From NCBI GenBank assembly GCA_028534125.1, contig CM052816.1, forward strand, positions 22,818,001-22,882,000: DNA of 64,000 bases, in the 5' to 3' direction. Both the position numbers and the translations under genes were made by a program. Shown here in pieces: positions 14,137 through 26,559 of the stretch. Each line of letters opens with the position of its first letter. The stretch's first letter is position 1. The notes beneath the pieces were generated by a model that was given only the letters and a program-made list of their open reading frames with translations, was not told the origin of the DNA and searched no databases. This DNA is from Lama glama (lineage: Eukaryota).

Positions 14137-14480
14137 TGAGAGCTCAGTTCTCCATAAGCAAGGCTGCTCTGTGTGTCTGTTTGTCTAGTCATCAAAGGGA
14201 CTCTCAGGCCTGCCTTCATTATCATCATCATAGGCTGAATTCTTTTAATTGTGTTCAAGTCATCTAAGGGAGTCTCTGAAAGAGGCAGAGCAATTTTCTG
14301 CTGAATTAAGCAAGGCTACAAACTCAAAGAAGATAGCTTACTATAAAGGCTTACAGGACTGCAAATCAATGTAAACAATTTACTTCAAAGCTCTCTGCCT
14401 GGATCAACAATAAGTCTGAAATGTGCTTCAACAGTGCCTGAAAGCTGAAATAAAACCATCATACAGATACTCCACATTTT
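14137..14480 (+). pseudogene. Fossil collagen coding block
   Basis: Register kept over 9 triplets to 14198 GGA CTC TCA GGC CTG CCT; later GVS, ERGRA, (G)LTGLQ, PGST(G)LK(G)AS. Confidence 0.7.
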
Positions 14481-15247
14481 CACACATTTCTATTATAATA
14501 ATTGAAAAGATTTCGAGAGTCACCAGTGCATTTGTTTTAATGTAATGTGTTAGGACAAAACGAACAGAGAATCCCCATTACTTAAAAGGACTAACACAAC
14601 TTCTGACAGATCTTTCATATTACACAAAAACACAAGTAGTTAAGCTTTAAGTTTTACAGAAGCATTTTTAAATGATAAGGGGAAATTTTATTTTTCTCAT
14701 GATGTCCATATTTTCACTGTGAAACAGTATTAAAGCAGAACACCTCTAAGAATGTATTTTTATCATCATTTTATTGGTGCCTTGGGTGGGAATGTTTTCC
14801 AAGAAATGATTATCTAAATCAGAAAGAATTAGTATAATAATTTATACAGAGTAGACTATTAGAAAGTCACCCTCTTTTGCTCTCTAACTTAGGAAGCTAC
14901 ATTTCACATGGGAAAGAGTGAAGACACAGGGTAACATTACTCTAACTTTCTTTTTACTACCTTATTCTAATATTGTCCTTAAGGACATGCATGAACTTTT
15001 CATATTCTAAAGGACAGATACTAAAGACCTGTTTCTACAAATAAAAAGTCCAAATTTCATTATATGCTGTTTTCTATCCTGTGATATACATATTTTTAAA
15101 AAATTATTTACCTAATTTATTGAACAAAATAAAAACATTTGAAGTAGCCAATTTCTCAATAAAATTTAGGGACGGGGCCTACATTATAGGTTTAAGTAAA
15201 ATTATACATGCAAAATTATACAAATCTCTTCACTTAAATACCTTCAG

Positions 15248-16470
15248 ATAGGGGGAAATGTGTGTGTGATCTTTAGAAAGTGTTACTGACCAGAGCAGAA
15301 GTTAAATTAATGACCCTTTGAATCAGCTGCACAGCACTAACATCCATTCTTGAGTAATACACAGAGGCACAAAGTAAAGGTTTGACTTACCCGTAGGTTA
15401 GTCTTTGACCCTATCACTTAACAGCTCCACGTAAGTTTTCCTTATCTAAAATTACACAAAAATTATATATGCCGTTTTGAGAACACATTTGACAAATAAT
15501 AATGAAAACAAATAAAGATACTTCATACTACTACTAAACGAAAATGATGAAGCTGAGCTTCAAAGAGCATGTCAGAAAGACACAGAATGCAGTTTTCCCC
15601 ACATATTTCAATAAAAAATTCACAAAAGTATGTTCATTATTAGCTGAATAACATGTTCTAATCCACTGGCACTTTGGAGTGCCACAACCTTGTGATACTG
15701 ACTCTATCTACAGTTTAAAATCCACATTGTTATCCAATTTGGAACCAACAAAACCATAGTTTGTCCCGATGATATCTGAAACACCATCTAAAGCTGAGAG
15801 CAATGCTGGGCATGAATTCTGCCCTAAGGAATTATAATTTTGTCTTAACGTATGAACTACAACGTCTGTGCAAATATTCTCCTTAAAATCAATAATTATA
15901 TTTTAAAATATTCATCCTATTTGCAAAACTGTATTCCTTAAATTTCCATGAAGAAGTTGGATATTCACCCTGAGGACTCTCCTGAAAACTGCACTTCTAT
16001 ATGTGGCAGTTGTGAATTTCTTATTCAATATATGTGAAAAACAGAGAACTGTGGTTCAACTGCTTTGCCAAAAATCTATTTTTTCCACATTCTGTTTTCT
16101 TACTAAAAGAATTAGCCACGTGTATTTTAGAATTTTCTAATGGGTATTTTATTTATCAACTATTACCCTTTAACTACATTGAGAGAAATTTTCATAGACC
16201 AAGCTTCATGAAATTTTACTCTCAAGTAGACTGGAATAAACAAGAAACATATTCTCAGTATGTTTCTAAAATTTCCTTTAAAAAACTTTTCATACAATTC
16301 TAATAACATACTTTCTTTAAATGTTGGACTTCAGTACAGAAGACTGTACCTAAAAGAAAACTACAAGAAAACTTCTATTTTAATTGTTTATTGCCTTCTT
16401 CCCTTATATGCCACCCCAATCCAAACCCCAACGAAGCTAGCATTCGAAACCACTAAATGTTTTTTTTTAA
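15248..16470 (+). pseudogene. Cluster of fossil collagen exons (15248-15430, ~15667-15849, ~15930-16119, 16198-16257)
   Basis: In 15248-15430 most Gly slots are GGA/TGT/TGA/GAA/GCA/AGG/GTA/CGT, with a gtaagt donor at 15431. 15950 region reads (G)EVGYS PR GLS(G)KL. Confidence 0.7.
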
Positions 16471-17619
16471 TTCAGTATGTATTTATAAAACATGCATTCC
16501 TGCTTAAAGTCGATGTATTTGTAATGTAAATAAAAGATACTAGGATATATGAATTATTCTGGTTTGTTTTCTAACTTTACTCACATAAGCGTTTAGTTTT
16601 TGGGGGTGTTTTTTTGGTTGAATATTTATCAGGGTAAAAGTTAAATGCAAGTGTATGCACAGATCTTAAGAGTACGTTTTGATGAGTTTTGATAAAAGCA
16701 TTCATTTATATAGTGATTACCCCAATGAGGTACAGAATAATTACAGAAATTTCCCTTTTGACTCCTTTACTCAATATTCAACAATTATTTTGATTTCTAT
16801 CAACACTTCAAGGGAAAAATTTGCAAATCAAAACATACTGAAAATTATTTCTACAAGAATAAGTGAGGAATTGAAGGATGCAAGATTCCACAGTTTGTAA
16901 GATTTACTTATGAAATTCTTGTAATTGCACTTTGTGATATCTTGACTTGATGGAAGAATCTTTTGAAAAAACTTCTATTTTTAACTGGAAGAATTTACAT
17001 GAAGAGGCCTATGATTTGCATATGCATTTGCTGAAATATTCAGAAAGATTATAAAAAGAGAATTTATGAGTTTGGGCTTTAAAAATATTTATCAAAAAAG
17101 ATGTTCTTAAGGTGGCAACAAAGGCAGTACTTAGAAAAATACATGGGTTAAAATGTACACACATTTTAATATAAAAATTTTGAAAACTGAGAATACCATC
17201 CAGTTTGAAAAAATTATTGCTTGTACATTACCAGGTACCTCACCATGTGCCGAGATAATACTTTCTCCATTAAAAAAATTACGGTATTCAGAGAAGAGTT
17301 GATTTAAAATGTCAAATATTTCAAAATTACTAATAATAAAATTAAACCTTTAAAAGTATTAGAATTATTTGGGAAAATAAAAGAAAGAACAGTTTAAAAA
17401 AGTAAGTTCTTCAGAAAAATACAAGTGACACAGTATTAGAGACTATTAAAGTTTAAAAACTGATTAAAGTATGTGAACATATACCAAGAATGAATATTTA
17501 AATTTAATTAATTTAATTTAAACTACACTATCTTTATTGGTGGATAAGCAATGATTTAAACATTTTTTTGCTTTATCTGTCTGACTTATAAATTATATTA
17601 AGTAAAGTAAGTCAAAGAT

Positions 17620-17970
17620 GAATATCATACAATATCACTCATATGTAGAATCTAAAAAATTATACAAATCTTATTTACAAATCAAAAACAGACTCACAGA
17701 CATAGAAAACAAACTATGGTTAACAAAGGGGGAAGGGCAGCAGAGGGATAAAATAGGAGTTCGGGATTAATAGAAACATTTTAGCATATAGAAAACAGGC
17801 AAACAACAAGGAACTACTATAGATCACAGGGAACTATATTCAATTTCTTTAATAACATATAATGAAAAATACAAAAAAAAAGATGCATATGTACAACTGA
17901 ATCACTTTGCTGTCCACCTGGAATTAACATTATAAATCAACTATACTTCAATAAAAACCTAAATTAAAAA
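17620..17970 (+). mobile_element. L1 3' end
   Basis: 3'UTR shared with 22815, 29597 and 42615; AATAAA and A-tail. Confidence 0.85.
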
Positions 17971-18119
17971 AGTTTTTGCTTTAATGTGCACAGATGCATG
18001 CTATTTTCATTTTAAGAAAATTATATTTAAAAATAATTGTTGAGTTAAAGTATTTTATAGATTCAAAGATACAAGAAAATGAATCTTTCAGTCAATAATT
18101 ATTTAAAAATTAAATTACT

Positions 18120-20770
18120 TCCCTTCTCAAACAATTCCAAAAAATTGAAGAGGATAGAATAGTACCAAATTCATCTGATGAGGGTACCATTACCTGATAG
18201 AAAAACCAGACAAGAAACTACAAAAAAGAAAAATACATACCAATATCTCAAATGAATACTGATGCAAAGATCCTCATCAAAATATTACCAAGCCAAATTC
18301 AACAATATATATAAAAAAGATCACACACTATGATCAAGTGAGATGTATTCCAATGATGCAACAATGGTTCAATATCTGCAAATCAACCAACTGATACACC
18401 CACACTAACAAAAGGAAGGCTAAAAATCACATGATTATCTCAACTGACATGGAAAAATCATTTGACAAAATTCAATATCCATTCACGATCAAAACTCATC
18501 AAAGTTCGTAGACAGGGAATTTATCTCAACATAATAAAGGCCATGTATGGCCACAGTTAACTTCATACCCAGTGGTAAAAACCTGAAAGGTTTTCCTCTA
18601 AAATCAGGAACAAGACAAGGATGCACACTTTCACCACTTTTATTTGACATAATATTGGAAGTTTTATCCACAGCAATGAGACAAGAAATAAAAGGCATGT
18701 AAATTCGAAAAGAAGTAAAACTGTCACTGTTTGCAGGTGACATTCTATTAAATAGAAAACTCTAAAATGTCCACCAAAAACCTATTAGAACTAATAAATG
18801 AATTCAATAAAGGTGCAGAAATAAGATTAATATATGGAAATATGTTGCTTTTCTCTACACTAATAATGAACTATCAGAGAGAGAGCCAGAAAAAAAGTCA
18901 CATTTAAAATCTCACCAAAAACAATAAAATACTTAAGAATAAACTTACTCAAGATGATGAAAGACCTATACTCCGAAAACCATAAAACACTGATGAAGGA
19001 AATTGAAGATGATACAAAGAAATGAAATAATTATCCCATGTTCATGGACTGAAAGGATTAATATTGCTAAAATATCTATACTACCCAAGGCAATCTGTAG
19101 GGATTTACTATATAATCTCTATCAAAATACCCGTGACATTTTTCACAGAACTGGAACAAAAAATTCTAAAATCTATATGGAAACACAAAAGACCCATAAT
19201 TTTTTTCAAGTAATCTTGAAAAAAAAAGAACCAAGCTGAAGACTTCAGGCTCCCTGACTTCAGACTATACAACAAAGCTACAGTAATTGAAACAGTATGG
19301 TACTGACTATACAACTAGAGACACATGCCTCAATGGAACAGAATAGAGATCCCAAAATAAATCTATGCACTTATGGTTAATTCATCTACGAGAAAGGAGG
19401 CAAGACTATACAACAGAGAAAAGACAGTCTCTTCAATCAGTAGTGATGTGAAAAGTGAAGTTACATGTAAAAGAAAGAAATTAGAACATTTTCTTACACA
19501 ATATTTAAAAAAAGAGCCAATTAAAAATGGATTAAAGATTTAAATGGAAGACTGGAAACTATAAAAATCCTAGAAGAAAATTTAGACAGAACAATTCTTT
19601 GACATAAATTCTAATAATAGTTTTTTGGATCTTCCTACTAAGGCAAAGGAAACAAAAGCAAAAGTAAACAAATGGGATCTAGTTAAACTTAAAAGCTTTC
19701 ACACAGCAAATAAAACCATCACTCAAACCAAAAGACAACCTACTGAATGGGAGGACGTATTTACAAGTGATATGACTGATAAGGAGTTAATATCCAAAAA
19801 TATATAAAAAACCCATACAACTCAGTATCAAAAAAAAAAAAAAAAACAAACCCAAATAGCCAGGTTAAAAAATGGGCAGAAAATTTGAATAGAAATTTTT
19901 CCAAAGACACACAGAGGGCCAACAGGCACATGAAAGATGCTTAGCATCACCAATCACCAGGGAAATGCAAACCAAAACAACAGTGAGATATCACCTCACA
20001 CCTGTCAGAATGGCAGTCATCAAAAAGTCTACAAATATCAGCAATGATGTGGACAGGAGGGAATCTTCATACATTGTTGATGAGAATGTAAATTGGTGCA
20101 GCCATGATGGAAAACTACATGTAGGTTCCTCAAAAAAACCAAAAATAGAATGACCATTGAATTCAACAATTCCATTCCTCAGTATTTATCATAAGAAACC
20201 ACCATTTTAAAAAGATACATGCACCCCAATAATCATAGCAACATTATTTACAATAGCCAAGATATGAAAGCAACCTAAATGTCTACAAATAGATGAAAGG
20301 GTAAAGAAGATGTGGCACACACACACACACACACAATAGAGTATTATTTAGACATTAAAAAAGAATGAAATTTTGCCATCTGCAACAACATAGATGGACC
20401 TAGAGGGTATCACACCTAGTAAAATGAGTCTGACAGAGAAAGACAAACACTGTGTTATCACCTATGTGTGGAATCTAAAAAATAAAATAAATGAATGAAT
20501 ATAACAAATCAGAAACAGGCTGACAGGTATAGAGAAGAAACTACCAGTTACCAGCAGGGAGAGAGAAGAGGGGAGGGCAAGATAGGGGTAGAAAATTAAG
20601 AAGTGCACACTACTAAGAGGAAAATAAATAAGCTACAAGGCTATATTATACAGCAGAGGGAATATAGCCAATATTTTATAAAAACTTTAAATGAAGTATA
20701 ATCTATAAAAAAAAAGAATTATGTTGTACACCAGAAACTAATATTGTAAACCAACTACATTTCAATAAAA
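18120..20770 (+). mobile_element. 5'-truncated L1 (ORF2 RT through 3'UTR)
   Basis: ORF remnants IPCSWTERINIAKISILPKAI, KWDLVKLKSFHTA, RYHLTPVRMAVIKK; poly(A) signal at 20765. Confidence 0.92.
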
Positions 20771-21589
20771 ATTTTAATCACATCAATTATTTCAGCATCT
20801 CCTTTTACTCTCTAAAGTGCCCTGGTTTAGAAAATAAATTATGTAGTCACCATTATAAATAGGGACAACGTCCTTGAAACTTTTTATATGTGACATTCAC
20901 TCTCTAAAAAAGTAAAAGTGCAATCTCTAACAGCAGGTCATCTTTTTGTTCCTTATTTGGATGTTTCTTCTTTCCTAGAATGTTAGCTCTCTATGGAAGC
21001 ACAGACATTCTCTTTCTGGTTCACTGTTTTAGGCAGATCATTTAGAACAGTGCCAAAATGTAGAGACTGACCAACAAAATCTCACAAAATGGTCTTTTGT
21101 TCTGAAAAAGGTACATTTTCATCATAACTAATGGTACTTTACATTACCACTACACTTCTATAAAATTACTTCCATGAGATTTATATGAAATTATTAATGA
21201 AATAACTTTTTTTCAGTTATGGCACTAAAATGATTTTCACCATATATTGTTGCAATATTTGGAAAGCTATTTTTGTATTATGTGTTTACCACAGAAGAAA
21301 TATTTAAACTTGAAAAATTTTTAAATTCATTATTAAAAGTCTTTATTTAAATACAGCCAGAATCTCCCCTGAACAATGATGCTACAGTTTTAGTCTTTAG
21401 AACTGATTTTGTTACGGGATAGGTGCATTTGCATCACAACTAATGAGAATTTGCATTCCTACTACACTAATAATATTTTCTTCATGACTCCAATTTGAAT
21501 TAGAATTTATAGTGGTTTCCTACTTCTGGTCAAGTAAAATGTACTTATTGAAATAACTAGTTAATTATAAGTTCTTATTATTTTTATGA

Positions 21590-23560
21590 AAGGGATACAT
21601 GTATTTACAAAAAGGTTAGACTTAGACTGGAACTTCCTTTTCCAATAATGACAAGCGAGGTAATTTAGACAGAGTCCCTGCAAGAACAAACAGTAGCTTG
21701 ACAAAATATTAAAAATACCTGCTTGAAGGTACTGGAGAGCTAACAAGGCAGTATAGATTTTTGAAGCCAAGCTTCAAAAGAAGGCAAAACCCCAGTGAGG
21801 TAAGTCTAGCATTTGGAGCATTTCTCCAATGGTGTCTGCTGAGTTGAGAGAGGAGGTTGGGAAGCTAAAGAGCTTAACTGTGATTTTCATAAACTCATAT
21901 TAGTGGGAAAATATTAAGAGTCAGAAGATACCAGAGGTGGCATCCACCTTCTCTCTATTTTCTCTGCTGGGATCCCAAAAGACAGTATCTTGGGAGACTA
22001 AACATAGAATCACACTAGCTATATAATTCTGACTTGCTGGAACCCTAAGCCATTTGACAGAAGAAAATAAATTCCTTTCTGAAGGAAGAACATCATTCAA
22101 GGGTTAAAATTATTTCTATACTTTGTTTTCATATTCAATATCTGACTACCATTCAAAACTGAAGTGGCATATGAGGCATAAATATAAACAAAAATAAACA
22201 GCAGAAAATAAAAATGAATGCTCAAGGAATACAAATAATGAGGTTACAAGACACATAATTAAAATAAATGTATTTCAATGAGATAAAAAGAAAACAAAAT
22301 AAGACATGGGAAAAACTAGAAAAAAATTCTAAATTCTAGAACTGAAAAACATAAACTCAAAGTAAGAACTAAAAATACAGGTATAAAAGCATGTTAGAAA
22401 AACAGTCACTCACTCACTGGAAGGTATGTCAGCAGAAAATTTCCAGAAGTAAGTATGAAGAGATTTTTTTTTAAAAAGAAAAGGAAAAATACAAAAGGAA
22501 GAGTAAAACATCCAGAAGACACAGAGAAAAAGCACAATATATGTATATGTGTAATTGGAGTGGTAGAAGGAGAGGAAATAAAAGATGGGTAAGAGCAAGA
22601 CTGGAAAAGGAATGGTGAATTAAAGTGAATGAAAAAAAAATCAAACCATGGTTGCAGAGAGCAATATGCACTAAATAGGCTACATCAAAAGAAAAGCACC
22701 CTGGACTTCCTTATCTAGTGAGATTCACCAAATAGTGTGAAACAAGTTAAAAATAAGTCACAATATAGGAAAGAATGGTTTTCAATATATTTTGACACTG
22801 GAAGTGAAGGACAGTGACTACTACTCAGCCATAAAAAAAGAATAAAATAATGTCATTTGCATCAACATGGATGGACCTGGAGATCATCATTCTACATGAA
22901 ATAAGCCAGAAAAAGAAAGAAAAATACCATGTGATATCACTCATATGTGGACTCTAAAAAAAGGACACAAATGAACTTATTTACAAAACAGAAACAGACT
23001 CACAGACATAGAAAACAAACTTACAGTTACCAGAGGGAAAAGGGGTGGGAAGAGATAAATGGGGAGTTTGAGATTCACAGATAATAACTACTATATATAA
23101 AAAAAAAAAGGTTCTACTGTATAGCACAGGGAACTATATTCACTATCTTGCAGCAACTTACAACGAAAAAGAATATGAAAAGGAACATTTGTATGTACGT
23201 GTATAACTGAAACATTATGCTGTACACCAGAAATTGACACAACATTATAAACTAACTATACTTCAGTAAAAAAAAAGTGAAAGGAGAAAGTATATTGAAT
23301 TGAATAAAAATACAAACAGAACCCATCAAAGCTTGTATGAAGCAGCTAAGGCAGCATTTAGAGGTGAATTTATAGTATGAAACACCTATTTATATGTAAA
23401 AAGGTGTTAGAACTATGGCTTCAGCTTCTACCTTATCAAGCAAAAAGAGGAGTGCAAATGAAATCCAAAATAAGCATTAAAAAAGGAAAGGATTAATATC
23501 AGAACATAAATCAATTAGATAATGCAGAAAATCAAGAAATAACACAAGTTGTCTGCTTTA
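21590..23560 (+). mobile_element. Old L1 pieces with a younger L1 3' end nested at ~22815-23280
   Basis: ORF1/ORF2-like A-rich sequence; near-TSD aagtgaagga / aagtgaaagga. Confidence 0.7.
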
Positions 23561-24079
23561 AAAAGCAATATAATTCTTATGATTGTCACACTAAAATTGC
23601 ATATGTATTTTTGACACACAATCTCACTGCTAGTAATTGGCCTAAGACTATACTAAAAATTTTCTGCCAAGATTTCTGTCATCATTTTAGCAAAGTACAT
23701 AATAGTAAATAATTGTAAACAACCAAAAAAACCACATCTATCATAATTATTGAAATGCTTGGAAATATTCAAACAACTTATTTTACATTTATAATATGAT
23801 TTTATTTTTCGTCTTGTTTGCACCTTCCCTGCTGTTTGTTATACTGATGAGGTTTTCTTAAATCTTTTCTTCTTCTTGTTACCTGGAAACTGTAAGTTCT
23901 ATTTCTAAAGTGTTACTAATTACTCTTGAATTTTCAGTAAACTTACTTTGGCATTTTTTAAATCACTGTAGTCATACACTTACCTCCCACTAAAAAAGAC
24001 ACGACCTTTAGTACCTTCAAATATAATCTGTTACACATCTCAAACATATTAAAGCTCTCAAAATGTTACACATCTCAAA

Positions 24080-24745
24080 AATATTAAACTCTGGGTTACC
24101 TCCCACTTAAACCTGCCCCTCTCTGGTAGTCCCATCTCAATAAATATACCACCACAATCCTTGTTGCTCAAATAAAAAATCTAGAAATCATTTCCAAAGC
24201 CACTACCTTGGTCCAAGACACCATCACTCTTGCCTAAACTACTGTCATAGATCATTCATTGGTCTCCTTTCTTCCACTTTGCTTTATTCAATTCATTTTC
24301 CATAGAGCAAACATAGTCATCTTAAAAGAAGTGAAAACCAGAAGATGCCAACTTCTGGGTAAAACCTTTAATGATATCTCACTGATCAGAAAAATAATCC
24401 ATACTCCACACTTCTTCAAGAACTTCATGACATGGACCCTGCCTCATCTTACATCAGTCTTCCCCTTTCTCTTTATCATGTAGTCACACTGTCCTCCTTT
24501 GGATTCTTCAAAAATTATTCTCCCTATCCCCACCTCCACCCCATCCCTCTCTTACTATTTCTCTGCTCAGAATTCTTTTCCTCATAACTTTTCATATGTT
24601 TGGCTCATTCTCCTTTAGGTTTCAAATCAAAACTTATATCATCACAGAGACTTTTTTGATCACCCTACATGAAAGTGAACCCCTTGTTACTCTTTAGCAT
24701 CTCACTTGCACTTTAACATTTTGTAGCACTTACCATAACCTGTAT
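24080..24745 (+). mobile_element. L2 fragment
   Basis: Same L2 motifs as 7100-7760. Confidence 0.6.
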
Positions 24746-24755
24746 TTTTCTTTAG

Positions 24756-26131
24756 GATGAATAACTGACTCTTTACTTGGGTTTTCCTTTAGTTAAGTAG
24801 GTGGTGAGTAGGCACTAAAGATGGGGTCATTAAAGTTGCTAAAGTAAGGGATGACTTATATTGGGAAGGTCATAAAATATATCTGCCTTTTCTATTTTTT
24901 CTATTCTCATTTTGGTATTACTTTAGTCTCTGATTTGTCTTCTTCTCTCTTCCTCAATGCCCAGTGAGGCAGATGCCCACCTTGCTTAGTTTATTGTATT
25001 CTCACTTAAGCTTGAGCCTACCAAAGCCAGATAAGAACAGTCCAAGAAAATAAAACACAGATCAATAGCCCTTATGAAGACAAATGTAAAAATTTCCAAC
25101 AAAATATAAGAAAATGAAATTCAACAACATGTTAAAGGGATCATACACCACTACCAAGTGGGATTTATCCCTGGGATGCAAGGATGGTTCAATATAAACA
25201 AACAAATAAATGTGATATCCCACATTAATAGAATGAAAGATAAAAATCACAGGATCATCTCCATAGATGCAGAAAAGGTATTTGACAAAAGACAACATCC
25301 TTTCACAATAAAAACTCAACAAATTGGGCATGAGAGGAATGTATTTCAATACAATAAAGGCCAGAAATGACAAACCCACAGCTAACATCACAATCCATAG
25401 TGGAACATCTAGAACTTTCCTTTAAGATCAGGAACAAGACAAAGGTGCCCACTCTCACCACTCTTATTCAACATAATACTGAAATCCTAGTTAGAGCAAT
25501 TAGGTAAGAAAAAGAAATAAAAGTCATCTAAATCATAAAGGATTAAGTAATATTGTCATTATTTGCAGCTGGTATGATCTCATATATAGAAAAATCCTAA
25601 AGCTTGAGTCAAATGTCCCACCTTGAGTGTTTTTATATTCTAAGAAAGTGATTGGCATGTCCTACCCAATATCTGACAAGAAGCTCTGTGATCACATAAA
25701 TTCACATTCCTCCACCAACCCCAGATTTGGATTTCTCCAGGGTCCTACTGGAAGGCCAATCATCACCTCTCCAGCAGGTATGCTCATCATGTGTATAGTT
25801 TTAGATGACTTTATTTTAAATTTCCCTATCAATCCCAAACCATCTTTTTACAACTTTCCACAAGTTCCTCAGAGGCTAACTACTCCTGTTTTGTTTTGTT
25901 TTTCTATTATGACTTTCCACCACCCTCTCTTTTTTTAGTACTTTCTGTTATTTCAAAAGGAATTTAGATACAGGGAGAAATGGTAATACCATATTTTCAG
26001 TGAGCCATCTTGATCATACAATCATTAAATACAAAGTGGGTAACTCCTACTGTACATTTAAAAAAAAATGAGACATTGGTGATGGGTTTGGGAGAGGATC
26101 ATCATGCAGTTATCTATCTGAAGAACATTTG
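24756..26131 (+). pseudogene. Cluster of short fossil collagen exons (24756-24843; 24965-25016 + 25609-25623 split by L1; 25741-25777; ~25830-25982)
   Basis: 25741: ctccag|GGT CCT ACT GGA AGG CCA ATC ATC ACC TCT CCA GCA G|gtatgc. 24965: TGA GGC AGA TGC CCA CCT TGC TTA GTT. Confidence 0.75.
25017..25599 (+). mobile_element. Tailless internal L1 ORF2 (RT) fragment with TSD
   Basis: [43 protein letters not shown]; aagcttgag at 25008-25016 and 25600-25608. Confidence 0.9.
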
Positions 26132-26559
26132 GTAAAATTAGCCTAATTTGTGATGCTCTATAGGAAGTAAAATTGAAGTTGTTCAAATGAAAGGGTTTAT
26201 AACAGTGTGATATGAAATTTCTAACTTAGACTAAAACTAAGTGAGATTAACATTTCCCTGCATTTACGATGAACTCTTCAAGAAAAGAAGCCATGACTTA
26301 CTCATTTCTCTAGCCCTAATGCATGCAGAGTGCCAGGATTTTCATGGAATGTTTGTTGAGTAACTGAAAATAAAGCTTAACATTTCTAACATTTGCACTG
26401 AATTTTAAGCAGCTGGGTCACAATTCTATTTATCTTTTTGGCATTGACTTAGTATTTCTATCAGTTTGGAAGTGTTACCAATTAATCCACATTCTCAAAG
26501 TCTCCAAGAATAATTCTACAAAACTCAGAACTTTTAAAGTCACATTCGTTTACCTTGTA

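Larger units (their letters stand above)
16800..20854 (+). mobile_element. hAT-Blackjack-like fossil interrupted by two L1 insertions
   Basis: CTLPGTSPCAEIILS at 17222 resembles the hAT C-terminal dimerisation motif; pieces at 16800-17600, 17971-18115 and 20772-20854; terminus ..aattatgtagtcacc. Confidence 0.7.
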
